Source: Iphione sp. A-MEVVRFRX5 (taxonomy: Eukaryota). Taken from it: a stretch of 64,000 nucleotides of DNA. The first letter of the stretch is position 1. Each line of letters opens with the position of its first letter. Positions 47,601-62,769 of this stretch are shown one piece after another. The notes beneath the pieces are model-generated. The model worked only from the letters and a program-made list of their open reading frames with translations, was not told the DNA's origin and ran no database searches. Location of the stretch: contig OZ320316.1 in assembly GCA_976226885.1 (NCBI GenBank), forward strand, positions 82,770,001 to 82,834,000. The letters are read 5' to 3'. The translations under genes were made by a program, and so were the position numbers.

Positions 47601-50600
47601 TCGCCTTCACTGCTATTTGACTACCGGCTTTTTATCGAGTGTTTTTCGCCGAAACGCAGAATAAATGCAGGAACCCCGCTTACAGGACTTATGTAAAAAT
47701 ATGACAACGATCACTGTTATCTATATATGCTATTTGAAAGGATCCGGTTATAAACAGGCCTGTGCATGTGAATTAAAATTAGTGCAAAAATGTAGGTTTA
47801 AGTTGTTTACTGCGTCAATAATTATACAGATCGTTCGATGGTCGATCTTTGTAGCAAATGTAACCTCTGGTGAGGCACCAGTTGCATTCCTATCTAATCA
47901 TCGCATCCGGTGACGCAATAAACCGGGATGTGGCGTACACTATGATTGCGCTAGAGTAAACAGACAGTGATTCCACGGAAAGACGGCCTGTCGGTGTTTC
48001 CTTAGTAACGATGTTTTTGCTTCCTTTTTGGACCCTGGATGGTGAGACCTACGCAAAAATCCCCGTCCACTCCGAATCCGTGTACTATAAAGACCACTCC
48101 CGGACCATAGCCCATCCTGAAAAATAACTTTTTAAAACTTCAAGTTATTCTTAGTAGCATTTTTAATGTATACAAAAGTCTGCTGTCTTATTGTGGGTGC
48201 GTAAGCTGCGTATAAAAGCTCGCCTTTCAGTTTCCTAGTGTTAAAAGAAATTGATATTAAGCGCGTCAACAGGAATTGTAGTTTGCCTCGTAAAATGGGA
48301 CGAAAGACCCAAGTTAAGAATCACCATGTCAAGGAAATATTACGTTTTGCTTCGTTACTGAGATGGCAGAGCTGTCCCAGTAAGGGCTGTAAAAATATAC
48401 ATCAGTGTAAATAACTCAATATGATTCTTTAATCACCTTTTAGCATATGTTGACCCATATTCTAGCCTGAGCCTAACCTATCTAGTACATGAATATCCTG
48501 ATCGAGTGTTTCCATGCAATTTACACGGTAAATTTACGTGCACTCTCTGTTTTCGATCAACGTAAACACAGCACGAAAACCAGTGCACTAATCAAATAAA
48601 ATGTCCTGTATAGAAAAATGTCCATTGGTTAGGCTTCGTAAATCAAAATGATAACTCGAATGTAATGTACATGCAATGCAGATGCAACGCATTAACACAA
48701 GTATAGATACTGGCCCTAAGGCTTTTTTTATTAATAGCACTGGTTACCTGAATATTCGCGGGTTCTCCACATACACATATATTGGGTTAAATAAGTTTTG
48801 CTGCCATTTACATAGCATTTGCAGATTAATGCCACTGCACACGCCGCATGTTTATGTTTAACACTTGGTTGCATATAAATCTCATTATCTTGCCTCTTCT
48901 GTTTCTTTTTAGTCTTTTTTCACCAAGGCTTCCAAACAGTCGCTCCTTACTTCGTTTAAAAACACTAGTACGAGAAATACCATTTGTCAATAAATGAAAA
49001 GGAAAATAAATAGGAAATACTGAAACTGAGCTATAGTAATTTTAGGGAATTCCCAACAAGAGTGCTAATTACTGCTCGTCGCCAAGGCCTTGTACTTGGT
49101 AACATGAAACCGAATATCCCCCAAACAACACGGATCACTTACTTTAATTACCTTGGCCGATTCACCTGGAGAAAAATGCGATGACCTGCTGAGATGAACG
49201 AATACATACATGGACTCTGTAGAATTCAATACTTTGGAAACTATTCGTGTAGCGCTGCGACTTACTTTAAAGAATCATCTAAACGAAAGCGGGAGTGGGG
49301 GGGCAGTATCTTCGGCACTCGAGCGCCACAGTTCCATATAGCCGCAGGTGGAATTTTGTATACCCTCTGTATAACAGTCGGTAGGATTCCTTTTGTGGTG
49401 GGGCAATAGGCGTTTGGAGCCGTCCACTGTAGTTCTTTGTTGGCAGTCGAATAGGCCCGTGGGTCACCGTGCGCTAGGCGGAGCGCGTGGGCACTTTACA
49501 CTCATTTTGCGTCTCCGTGACGAGCAAGCGTGAATCATGACGATGGGCGCCCGACTGAGGGGCGTCGTCTGATGACGTATTCTTGGCGGCTCTCTTACTA
49601 TACGATCATCCATTATCGTCGTGATTAGCGTAATACAGGCGCAGGCTTTTGACTGTGGCTTCGGCGAGCTGCTCTGCAGCCCACACCCTGCCCGCTGGCT
49701 GGGAAACCAGCGGTCCAGCAGTGACAGATTGGCCGCAACTGGCCAAACATCCATCACCAACAACGCTGCCCAAATTACAGACCAAAATCAAAGCCTCCCC
49801 CTTCCTCTTCCTCGCTCAGCATACTTTGTGCGGGTGATGATGTAGACACGTACTGGCTGGATGTATAGACGAATCTGAACCCAGTCACCCAAGACTGCAG
49901 CCAGAAATCGGTAATACTTTACTCGGGATGTAAACGGAACCAACATAGTTTACCATGCACCATTTTACCCTGAAACCTTGAGCCTATCTACTCCATCCAG
50001 CACCAGCGACGCTTACCTTCTACCCAACAAGTTGCCCACTGCCACCTTAAATGCCATTTAGTTGGCTAATTTGTCATGTCTTTCCCCGAGCTCGTAGACT
50101 TGGAAGTGATCGCACTTCACTGCATTGCGAACAGCTGCCAGTTCCACTGGCATTTGCAGCTACTTCGCCCGACTAGCCTTCAGCGTCTACACCAAGAGCA
50201 AAACATTTACAGTGTCACTGATGCTTCCTTCTGTGACTGGAAAGAACTGAGAGAAGGAGAGAAGTGTAGAGAGAGGTGGGAGGAAATGGAAACCTAACCG
50301 AATCAATTATGTCAACGTGGCAAAGAATAAGTAGGCCTCCATAATACCAAAGACGTGTTTGTCAATTATTATTGATCGTCAGGTATTGTATTTTAGTTTT
50401 AAATGTGAAATTCTAGAAAAGTTTTGATGGAATTAGCTTGAAGCTTCCACAGTGTTAGTGAATTGGGTTTCCGGGGGAATCTGATATTCTCCCATAAATA
50501 CACTGTGGACAGGCGGGATGTGAATAAAAATCGAGTTCTTTGCTAATGGCACATTTTTACATGACATAAAGCGTGTTTGATAGAGGGTCCAGAGGATGAG

Positions 50601-53600
50601 AAGGCCCCTGGGGCTCATTGGTATATGGTATGTAACTGGACTTGACTATAATACTTTGGAAATTTGGCACCTTATCTATGCTGTAACCGAGCGACTGTAG
50701 CGCACCAAAAGCCTTGAATACCTCCCTCCATCAAATAGAAGAACTAGAAGTAGGTTTATTCAGTTCACAAAGTTTGGTTACAATGTGTTCTTCCAGTGAA
50801 TCTGCTTTACGATTTACAAAATTAAGAGTGTAGCAGAGATTGTACAATAAATCGAACGAATCAGGCGAATGATGTCCATGATGAAATACGGAAATTATAC
50901 AACAAGCTGAATAGTTTGACTTTGAAGAGGCACGCCATTGTAAACAGTAAACAGAACAACAGTATACTGCTTGTGCATCTTAAAGTTTAACTGGGCATGC
51001 AAACGGCAAAGGGGCTTAGTAGTTCTTTGGGGGATTGTTTTGTCATATCCAACTAATCGCAGTCACACAACCCAGGCTGCACAGGTCGCTCTAGTTAAAC
51101 GGCTCTACAAAGGTGGAATTTAGCGGTCGGCCTCGTGGATTGTGTGAGCAGATAGAGAGGAGGCTCAGCTGGTCACTGTGCGCCTCACGGCTTTAGTGAC
51201 AACCCTGACAAATAGTGGGATCGACCGGCTCCCTTCGCCCCCTACCGTCTTGTGGCCATCAATACATGATTCTAATGACAAACAGCGCGGCCTTTGAGTG
51301 GCTCCTCGAGCTGCTCGCTCAATGCCACTCCGTGAGCAGTATGAAACACAAGTCCGCATACGAATCTTCGGCGCCACTGCATCCTCAACAACCAAACGCC
51401 TACTAACCATCTCCCTTTCGCAGAACCATCCCGATTCTGCCTCGCTGCCCGCCGGACCGACCTGTCCAGATTCTGTCGGCCTGGGTTTTTAACGTAGAGT
51501 GTGATCACTACTTTGGAGGAACATCTCATATAGAAACCAAGGTTACATTGTTGTGGCTTGGAGTGACGGCCTCTCCGGCAACATCAATATTCCCTACCGG
51601 CCACTTCTCCACTGAGAGACCCAATTACCGGATAGTGATGCCTTAAAGCTTCTGGTCCTCAGCATATACTAATTAGGTCTTGTGTCCGAGCTACAGAGGG
51701 GACGTGCAGACAGTCGTAGGACCGGAGACAAGAATGTGGAGAGGGCGGGAGGCAGCGAGCGCAGGATATGGGGTACTTGCATGAAGCATTTTTCAGACTA
51801 GGCTGAGGTTCACTTAGTGATTGTTGCTGGCCTGCGTCCCTCTGGTCTCAACGGCCGCAGCTACCGGAGCAAACATGATAAGTGCTGGGCCAATGATGGC
51901 TGAACATAAACAGAACAAGACTTGGCTTCAAGGAACCAAAGACCAACATCGATCGGTCGGCCGTGGGACTAAATGCGGACACGCTTTTCACTGCAGACAG
52001 TGTCGGTGTCCGGCTGGGCCTTTCGGGAACGCCGATAGCACTGTCAGAAGGTCGGCCGGACACCTTATGGCTAGCCACTTCTTTGACCGCAAGCAACCAG
52101 CCTTAATGCCCTCAAAATGAACTACGCTAGAACACGCGGCCATTCCTGCTTCCATTCGTGTGATCGCCGTCGTCTGATTGCTGTCGTATGCTTATCAAAG
52201 CGGCGGAAATTATTAGTTATCGTCAGCGGTGTCATTTGGCACCCGAAGCCAATGTGGCTTTCGTCTGGCTTCCTTCGGCTGACGATAGTCGTAGTGGGGT
52301 TTGTGTGATGTAGGAGCGGGAGAGATAGTTCCCCGGTCAACACTTATTGCTCTGGTCCAGATCCGGATTTAAAAGCTGATAGTGGCCGCAGTACGATAGC
52401 CATACACAACAACGGTCACGTCTTATTTGTAGTTGCAGGGCAGACCGCCGGAGAATAGTGGGCGCTGGAGTGACTTCACGGTCATACAATAAATCACATC
52501 TAAAGGGGGGACGCAGGATGCGTGGACAGGCTCCAGCCTCCTCGTTTCTGGGTAGTCCGTGGCAGTATGTGCGTCCTGCCCGTTTGTAGGAGAGGGAAGC
52601 TAATCAGCAGTAGCGGGCCCCACCCTAAGAAAAATGGGGCCAGGTCCTGACCGCCCGGTTTCCGGCCACATTTCCCGGATGTGGGCTCTTTGAGTGGAAC
52701 AAGCGGCCGCAGCAAAAGTTGCCACCGCTGCAGTCCAATATGAATACCTAGGATGCGCCTTTTGATTTCATGGTTGTTTAAGGTGGTGGAGATAGCCCAG
52801 TTATAAACAGGAATCAATTGCCTTCCTGCACGATATAGCTGTCTGCACGACGAGATGGACGTACACCAAGCGCGTGGCAAAGGTTAAATGATTCCCCAGG
52901 GTCAGGACAGAGCTGGGCAGAAACCATCGCTGTGGGGAGCTGACCTTCTATAGCTATACATAACCGGCTGCCGTTGCAATGTGTATTGTCCAGATGTGGC
53001 CATTGTGCTGACCAGGCGCTAGGGTCTGGTGGGGGGGGGTGAAAAATGGTTCTTTACTGCTTTAGGATCACGAATAGAAACACACACATACAGCCACAGC
53101 CACTGGTTCCTGTTGCACACCAAGTGCCAAGTGATGGATGGGACGTCAAATGAACCAGTTAATCAAAGCTGTGTGCTGACCTTCAGATTGACCTGCATGA
53201 CTTGTGGTCTGTGTAGCTTTAAAGGTCGAGCGAACCCAATAAACCATGTCAAGACCGACGTACATCTTGGCCCGTCAAGTTCCCACTGCCGGTTGCAAAC
53301 TACGAACACCCACCGAGTAAAGGATTAAAGGTTGATTAGTGTATTTTTGAAAAACGCCCTTGACGGATGAGTTCAGAAGAGAAATAGCTGGTACACAGCA
53401 CAAGATCGATTCTTCTTTTACGACAAGGGAGTCTTTGCCGTTCTTATAAATCCATTATGACACATTCAAAGCCAAGATAATAGAATTCGTTTCATGAGAT
53501 GTCTAGTAATTGTGTAATTACTTCCTATCCCTCAACCTCAAATGTGGGACAATGAATACGTCTCTACCTTCTTTGTTTGGAAAGCAATTGATAACATGGC

Positions 53601-56600
53601 ATCCACTTAGGAACACTTTATTTAATAAGTATTTTTGTCACCACTGAGGTGAGACAAAAGGAACTGGGCAGAACTATTCCCTGCCTCCAAGACACAGAGA
53701 AAATTAAATGCATGTTTACAAATTATTTTCCAGGAAGTGAACACTTTCAAGAGTGTGTCACACATGAAGAATGTAGAAGGCAAGCGGGGATATTTATGAC
53801 GGAAAATATATGGTTTATGACTAGGTTTGTTTTGCGTAAAACGCAGAAGGGTAATTACTTCCTTCTAAAAGAAAATTCCGAGAGTATTCCCGCTCTTCCC
53901 TGCCACTGTTCCAACCCAAATCAATGGCAGTACTGCATTTCACAAAGTAGGTCCCAGTTGCAATGACGTTACAGTTAAACAGCCGAAGTCCTGGGCAGAG
54001 TTACAATCAAGGAGATTACATAGGCAGAGCAGCCACTATCATAGCCGAGGCAATCAGCACCATATACATTCTAGGTAGCAGATCCTCTCACATGAGTGGG
54101 AGCTGCAGCGCCTGGTGGACTTGAAACTGTTTTCCCTGCAAGTACCAACGTCTTGGCTGCAGCCGCCTGACCGCTGCTGGCGGGCGGTAACGGCCGGCCG
54201 GTACTCGTGCAGCAAAGCTTTGTTTTCCTAAGTGCACTCGACGTCCTCGGTGTGGCTGGATAGCGTTTCGCTTCTCCTAATCTGGTCGCGAGCGGCGGAA
54301 TCTCAGCCAAGCGGCGTTATCTGGCCCGCGCGCGCTGCGAGGAGAGCACTTCGATAGGAACATCCTGCAGGCCGGCTGGCCTTGAGCACCTCCACCGGGA
54401 GTCTTCTACAATCCGCCATCTATCACGTCACTCGGCAGGGATAAACCACACCCACAAATGCTCTGCTGGTCCACTTTTTCTTGCTTGCATTGCAGCTTAC
54501 TTGAAATCCAGCTTTCAACGCTAACTTTTACTCCTTTATTTTCTCAGCCTTCGTTAATAGCATTGCCACAATTTCGACTCGTCGTAGTAATGCAAGACAT
54601 GTCATCTATTTGGTTTCAAGGAGACGGAAACTTTATTATGTTCTCCTCTCATTTATTTCCCTCCACGATATATTTTTCACCCGCGTTATCGTTAGATGCC
54701 TATCCATTTCGTCGCGTTTTGCTCTTCTCCCCATCACTTTGATTATCACTCACTTCTTCAGTGATATGAAGAGACAGTGTTACATAATGAAGTCTCGACG
54801 GTTGCCATGGAGAGGGTTGTCCATTTGGAGAAGGTCTGTAGTATGTTTCAACTGCACTACAGCTCGATACTTTTATTCACGACTGACCCGTCCCCTCTTC
54901 ACACACTTGCAATATTTCACGCTACAGAGTAACGCGTTCCATGGATTGGGCGCCCTCTTGCATTTCCGTAACGTTTAGCCGTTGACCTTCAGGAGGCAGG
55001 TTTCCATGATTAACCCCGTAGTATATTACCAGTTGTTTTCTGAGAAACGCCCAAACCATACCCTTGTGTTCCTCATTGTCAAAAGGGCGTTCCCATGTAA
55101 GTCTCCTTCTCTCTGTATGTGTAAATTACATTCTTCAAAGCTATACATATACGCCTACGCTTAGAACCGGAAGTCAAATTTGACAAAGAAAGAGTTAGTG
55201 CACCTTTCCTCGTTGTCATGGACAGTCGATTTGATCGCAGAGAGAGCGGGTCCAGGTAAAATATCTCCGTCGCTTCTAGTGCCCTTATACTGTAATGCCT
55301 TCCATGATAAAAGGTCCGTTGTCAGAGAGACCCGTTCCTATGACGAACAAAAGATGGACGAAGCACTTCTGCCCAGGAGAAGCCATATTTACCGTAACGC
55401 TGTGTTATCGAACGTGTACGCGCGTCCCCACTTTCTATCAGACCATTTCGGCCCGCACACACTAAACTATTACAATCGACGCTAGGAAAAATATCCCCAA
55501 GAAGCGTTGTCTGTCAGTCTGCCTTATATCGAAATGTCATTATAGATTAACGGTCGCACATTCGTTCTCTGCGAATGACAGTCAATCGATGTTAAATTGT
55601 CCCGGAAACACAAGAGGCCCCGTTATCATCGTTGGTAAGTAGTATGTGCTCGACTTCGCACCCATGGCAATGTCGATGCTCAATATCTCTTGGAGTTGGA
55701 TAAAATAAAATCAGTCACCGAAGATGGGAGAGCTAAGTAGAACTCCTTCCCAAACAGAGTGCGTGATTCTGCCATTCAGGGTATCTTAGCATCATAGGGA
55801 GAAAACTGTTATCATACAACTGCAAGTTATTCAATTCCAAAGAATGGACTTGCTGCCTGAACTACAATGTGGACTTTCGCAGATAACAATGACCTTTTTT
55901 ATTCTCACAAACAATTTCGAGACTGTCGGGCTGTATCTATGAATGAATTATCTAGAATAAATGTATCCTGATGGATTTTGAAGTGCTAAATAGAGGGAAA
56001 GCAATCGGGATGAAGGATTATCAACTCATTTTTGAGGTAACTAAGAGGTAGCCACCATTCAGCTTGGATTGTTCGTCTAAAGACAGAGGGAAGTCACGCT
56101 GGTGGCATGCATGATTATCAACCATTTGCAGATTATGGTCCTCTCACCGTTTCCATTTAGTAATGAAAGCATTTTCTAAAGAGCGCAGATTTTAGGTAAC
56201 CTCGTCATCCATGGCTATTACCACAACACTTAAATCAATATAACTGCTAGGAACATGATATATGACATAAGGTAGTCATATCAATCAAACGTAGCTGTAT
56301 ATTGATCTAATATATGACGCTTCTCGACATTCCTGGCAGGCTTATACACCACAGTTAAGTGGCCGGAATGCATTTTCGAGGGTCCTTCAATGGGATCTAA
56401 TACGTCATATTCAGATTAGTCTAACCATTAATTACTGCGAGGAATCTACTACTTAGTGATTCAGTCGGGTTTGCATTACACAATCTGTAACAAGCTGAAA
56501 CATTTTTGTAATATGTTATAGCCACAAATGTGATTCCTTAAAAGCTAGGATAAGATATTAACACCATGTCTTCTTGAACAAGTATCGATTATTCAGGATC

Positions 56601-58103
56601 CCAATGGCTAGTAGCATGCCTCCATTGAGGATGTAACTTGGCATTGTCAGGTGAACATGGGAACCGCACGTCCTGTCCTGTTGTGTTTCTTATTTCTTTG
56701 GATGGAGAGAATGCTCCAATGCATCCTGCCCCTTAGTTTAGCAGCCTCCTGTGGGCCAGAAAGTCTAGCTGGCTTTGGTCGTTCACGGCCGATGGGATAT
56801 AAATATATGGGAATCTAGGCACTGCAGTGGATTTGGATTCGAGACGGGCGCGCAGGCTCGAACAGTATGATGAACGAAGGGGAGGGCAGTGATATAGTGC
56901 TCGTATTTATTAGAATCAATAGCCTGAAAAAGGAGAATAAATGAACCACGGCTGTTGGCTTGTGCCCCCGGGCAATGTGTGTCCTGTTGACGTCGCGGTC
57001 ACGTGCCCATGAACGTTCTCCGCCCGGACGACCTTTGAGACTTCCTGCCACGATGCAGCTACCTCCTGATCACCCCGCAGACGACATGCAATCAGCTACC
57101 TGACCATCGTGACGTGGGTCAGCCAGAGGGAAAGACGTTCAATGGCTATAGCATCGCTAGCGTAAACATCGTATTCTCTAGCGATCCACGGACTCCTAAA
57201 TGGCCTAGTGGGAGGAAAGTGTGAGTGGGTTGAGGAAGGGCTTACAAATGACGGCGCTTCATCGATGTCCTACAAGATGGAGGGTTCTTTTTCTCTCTCA
57301 GTCCGTGGGGGATCCCTAACCACGAGCCCACTACACAATGGACACCGCCGTACGCTGCCGCGACGGTCGCACTAAATTGCTTATTCATTTATCGGTCTTT
57401 CTTCAACGACGGAGACAATACCACGGAACGAAGGGGTGATTGGGAAGACGTGTGTTTGTGAATGGAATAAGGATTAATGCGCAGGGACTGAGGCTGTGAC
57501 AAGCATCTGCAGACCCGGTCAGAACCCCCTGGCAAGCCGGTCTGTGGTCCTTGTTTCGGGGTATAGGTCGAATAAGGGGAGAATGGCGAACTAAAGTGAG
57601 TTAAGAGAAAGTGCATCGTCATAAGGAAGACATAGCTTCCTCCGTCGTCTTTCTTCCCAGGTTGATTGAGGCTGCGCCCGGGAATCGACTTTCATCGTTT
57701 GCCATCGATTAATACACGCGTTTCAGAAATTGGTCTCCATACCTAATATATTTTTCGTTTCTTACTCACGTCATAAAAAAAATTACAGGTTATCGGAATA
57801 AAGTGGTCCAGTACTATCTCTTTGAAGAAATATCACCATCCACATTTGTAAATAATAGAGGGCTGATTTTGTTCAGGTCCTCAATTTAAGCTACCTCCTT
57901 GCCCAGAAATATTGAAGAGATCTAGGCCAGGGGTAGCGAACATGTGTGCAGCCCTTTTACACTTCACTATCAGTCTGCTGCCTGTCTACAAACACAGTGC
58001 ACGGCCAAAGCAACACTTTCAAGATGCTGCCTCACCAGCCGCAAGTAAACCCATCTGGTCTACGTCCCGGTTACATGCGATGTAGATCTACTGACCAGAG
58101 GTC

Positions 58104-58455
58104 AGCTGCTGAACAAGCAATGGTCACACAGGTCTTCACGGCATGATTGATATATGTGGGAGGGAGAAGTGCACCTGCAGCCCCTCCTGCTTACAAGCTG
58201 GTCAGCTGGGCAGCTCCTGACCAACTCCCTCACGAACAGTCAATGATCAACCCGATGCTCGAGATAGGCCAGGTCAGGTTGCAGAGTACCCACGATGGTT
58301 CGCGGTAGTTTTGGTATTCGTTCCCCCGGAGGCCTAGGATTACTTAATGATACGTCAGCAACACGTGCTGAGGGTCCCACTATCATCAAAACTGCACGCG
58401 TAAGGAGATCATAGGTGACCTCTGGGTCACGAGAGCTGGACAGCAGAATGCAGCC
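58104..58455 (-). pseudogene. Possible decayed restriction-like (REL) endonuclease end of a HERO/NeSL-type non-LTR element
   Basis: GCILLSSSRDPEVTYDL ... KLPRTIVGTLQPDLAYL...*LFVREL ... QLVSRRGCRC follows the order of the recalled HERO motifs (GIL..A.DW...VDL, FPREIVTTSLRPDIV, IELT). It has an insertion of about 28 aa and a stop. Confidence 0.3.
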
Positions 58456-61400
58456 AACATATGGCTTCCACTTGGCAGGCAATAGTTTTCTCTATATGGA
58501 CTTAATTTGTCTGATGAATAAATACCCTCGCAAGAGTAAGTTGAAATATGGCCCGCTGGTAACGGTGAGGCACTACACTCCAGTAAAATAATTGAATAAT
58601 TACAATACACCAAGTACAATTATATTTATTTCGGTAGGTATTGCAGGAATGATAACGATGTCATCGTCAGCAGACCGTCTCTGGTGTAGCCAAAGATTAT
58701 CCGAGAAATTGAGCGTATCATGATGAAAGCGACTCCAGTTACTTCATTATGGTTATTTGGAAAGGAACACCCCATGACAAACTTTGCCCGGCTGTACCGG
58801 GCTATTCGACTAGATTAGTTACATTTAATGTAGTACTTTCGGAAAGTCTCAAACGCGGTCGTTGAGATCATATTCTAACGTTTTTAATCGTACGATTTTA
58901 TAATGTTAACATATTTCATTTTGCTTCCAGCCAGAATGTTCACTGATATTTTTATCCATTTTTATTTCAATTATGAACCTAGAGTATGTTAGATCTAGAA
59001 AAAGATGAGGTACACATGTACATTATTTGAAGTTTCTCCATGTTGCAAAAAACACAGTGCCCAATCTGGTAATTGCTCACGAAAAACGTATTGACATCTT
59101 GATCGTAAGTTGTGTCGTTCTAAATATCCTTGCAATAGAGCATGAGATACCCTTCAGTCAGTTTACTGACTGAAAGGAAGCAATTGCAGAGGAATTTTGA
59201 GCCACTCTCAGCTTTTCCATTCTAATGACCGAATACAAATGTCAAGCTTCCGCTGGGTTCTATGGACACTGTTCCTCGAAGAGTACTAAAGGTATCCCCA
59301 AACATCATTTACACACAGTACGATTACCGTCTGTTTGTATATGAGCAAACAAGACCTGTAAATGACAAGTTTACTTAAATATCTATCATTTTATTTTGTC
59401 TATCAGTTATAGGCCATCCTTATCTCACTTAGGCTCATTGGTAATCCATTTTCTTTCCTAAACTTGACCTAGATATTACTGCAAGAGAGCTACTTTATAA
59501 GTGGTCTTACTAGGAGGAGATTTACTACAACATTATGATGGGTAACAAAGCCGCAAGGCTATGAACGGTTCTGGAAAGGCCCAGAGCGTGACAGCGTAAG
59601 CTTACAGAAGTAACTGGACGGAGTGACCCATCCTGCAAACAAACTGTTCAAGTGCACCAGAGATCCAGCACGCGAAACAAGGCAAAGCAAACGCTTTGGA
59701 CAAGGGCCTGTAGAGCTTTCTCATTTTATTCCAGCCGCACAGATGTTTAACAGGATCTAAACGTGTTTGGGTGCGGAATTAAAATGCTTGTGGCTTGGTT
59801 CATGCTTGCCCACCGACTGCTTTACTGGAAACAGCCAGTCAGTAACAATGCGGTACTGCTGAGTTTTGCAGAAAAAGAGTTATCTCGGCGATCACCGAGG
59901 CATCTGCCTCGCACCTTGGCTACACCTGTGGGACCACGGCCAGACGGGATGGTTTGGATGGATGCCCATTGCCTGACCACACGCCATCCCGCTAGATGGG
60001 CAGTCGTACTTAGCGTTAGTAGGTAGGAGCAGTAAATTTGCCAAAACTAGTACAACACCAGGGGAATTATAACCAGGAGACTGATTACAAAAGCCATTCA
60101 ATAAGGATTTCTTCATATCTTACTACTCTCAGAATCAAATAACACGCTATATATCATCCTTCATTCAACCTGAATATGAGCATCCTGAATAATATACATA
60201 AATATGCGTCTTAGCAAATATTTGGAAAATCAATGGAAAAAAACGTTACTTTTCCCTTTTATTTGTGTGACAGGTAACTTCAAGATCCTGTGCAAAAAGG
60301 AGATGCTTGTCAGTTTGATCAATAGGAATAGGGGCCTGGGCTCATGAGACTGGTGTAAAAGAATACGATTCGACGTACAGGGTACATAGTACCGACCTGT
60401 CAGTAAAATCTGGTGTAGCAGACATTCTCAAAAGGCTGACGAATTGGCCCCGTGAAGCGACAGCAAACGTTGTTGACAAGAACGGAAGTGTTATAAGCTT
60501 AAGTGAATTTTGTACAAGTTTAGATCCCATTTATTACCTCTCTGTGCTTGACCAAATATGAACACTCACATCTTTCATTTTAGAAAGGCAAGATTAAAAT
60601 GACATACACAAAACTTGTTTACAACACGTTACATGAGACTGAGGATCCTCTCATAGTCCCGTGTACCTTTCACTTTCTCGGTGCAATCGATTCTATGATA
60701 TATACCAAAGGGCACATTGGAAACGTTATTTTTCGTCGGGCATCAATTCCAAGATGATATATCGTAAGCCTACTGGAAATATAACACGGTAGATATAATG
60801 AATCCTGATAAATGGTGCTTCTGACCTCCTTCAATGGAACAGATAGCCTCTCCTTCGAAGGTCAATGGACCAAAGGTGAAAACCAATATATTTGGTATGG
60901 TCTATTCTGTATTAGTAAAAGATAACGCATTGGCCGAGTATGAAAGGGCGCGCGTGCATCTCCGTGGACTCGGTATGTGGAACAGGTACATTCATCAAAG
61001 CCTGCTCGCCTAACAGGTCGCGCGATATTGCACCGTCTGCGACTTGAATCTCGCACCTCGGGCAACCCGCACCAGCCGCTCGTAATTGCATCTAATGGTC
61101 AGCGTTGATGTATTACCACACCCTATTAGCATGTATGCCAGGCGGTCCTCAGCGGTCATCCAGGCGGTCTCATACCGGATGACCTCAAGGGTTGCACCGT
61201 TGACACGGGCGTCACCGAGGAGGACGACGGAAGAAAGGCTCGAGGGAGGGGCGGGCGTGCCGAGGGCGGTTGCGAGGCACTGGTATGGGACTGCTGGTGT
61301 GATGCCTGTCCTCTCTCTCATCGTCCTCTATCTGCGGTCCTCCAGGGTCGAGAACCGCCCTTGATACGCTGGATCATCTTGTCTTATCACCGTCACTATG

Positions 61401-62769
61401 GGCTGAGAGTGATGTGGCTATAGTTTATAGCCTACCAACGTTGGCCTCACTGGATTCACGCCACTGTGGGCATTGTCGAGCCTTAGGCAGGCTTCAGATT
61501 CAGTAGAGCGTCAAAGTGGGAGGTTGGCAAGCTCGTCAGCAGAGGCAGCTCCTGATGACAAAGGAACATTATCATGTCGGCCTTGGTACTTGCTTGCACT
61601 AGCTGCCCGTGATAGGAACTCATGCGTTAGATAATATAGATATTCACCCGCGAACAAGCCCCTGTATAACCGAAAGCACGCACAGTGACCGTGAGCAAAC
61701 CTCTAATACCCTGATATGTTCTGACGGATTTACCACTTTTTTATTATGCATTGTATGTTATGACGATAGTGCAACTGTATCTCATAAAGCACTTATTCAC
61801 ATGCACTTCCTTCAAATAACCCGCCTCCTCCTGTGTCTTTCTAGGGTAAAATCGATGACTCCCATCACGGAACGCCAGAAATACCTGAACCAAAATACCT
61901 CAGAATGAAACGAGGTTGCTAGAAATTACTCCCATTATAATGTCCATAATATTATGACATTACGTCGTGTTTTAAACCATGTAATACACTTCCTTTATCA
62001 TATCTACCAGTCTGTACTAATCCAAGGCGACCATTTTCAAAAGCTCTGGTGAAACACATTTTCGTGCCGTGATAAATGATAATTTCACCCGTATGTATTC
62101 TGTTATTGGCTTTTAGGTTGCATCGACGTTTCAAATGGTAGCGTTCTCCTCCTTGACAAGGCGATAAAGTCTTTTACCTAAAGGACGAGTACCTCGTGCT
62201 ATGGGGCCGGAGCTGAACTGCTCCTGAAGGTCATGGCCATTTTGAGACTATTGGACTAGCACAGAACGGTCTGGGGGTCAGCTCTTGTGGCAGGCACAGC
62301 ACAATGGGCTCTCGTGCGTCTGCGGGCTCAGGGCCTGTCTAAGGCCAGCCTTGATTATGACACGGTTTTATGTGTGGTACTCTGAGTGGATGGCGGTTCC
62401 CAAAGGACTATTTAAAATTTAGTGGCGAACATAAAGGGTCGTAGAGTAAGACATATGAAAACAACACAAAACTGTGGGGAAGTTTAAAATGTTACCCCTG
62501 CCGTTGAATTATAGGGGCATTGGAGAAAAAGCCAAGCATCTAGTAGGACACTGGGTTTTACAACAGCCCCTTGAGCAATATTTCAATTAAAGCCAACTCT
62601 AATGGCTCAAGTCGGAGGAAACCTTGGGAAAGAGGTCGACGGGGGGCTATTGGTCAGCTGGCCAGAAGCGCGCAATTATGGTCCATGCGAGCTGCAGTTG
62701 CCTCCATCCCGCTGTCAGCGACCCCGAAGTCCGGCGTAGATATTGCTGATATTGACGGCGCCTGATCCA

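Noticed and set aside
47938-47960. CACTATG resembling a ProtoRAG/Transib TIR heptamer
   Set aside because: There is no matching inverted partner, no nonamer-like element and no RAG1/Transib coding sequence.
50205-50240. IYSVTDASFCDW resembling an RNase H TDAS motif
   Set aside because: A single short motif with no downstream E/D residues in context.
55180-55485. NVYA and LSDHF words resembling an APE endonuclease
   Set aside because: The motifs are far too close together, and GDFN and the other motifs are missing.
56929-57012. AAGGAG followed by ATG (Shine-Dalgarno-like)
   Set aside because: It leads to a 23-aa ORF only, and the context is eukaryotic.
58510-58550. CTGATGA...GAAA hammerhead-like core
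   Set aside because: Stems I and III and an NUH cleavage site cannot be formed. The variant near 47571-47595 also fails.
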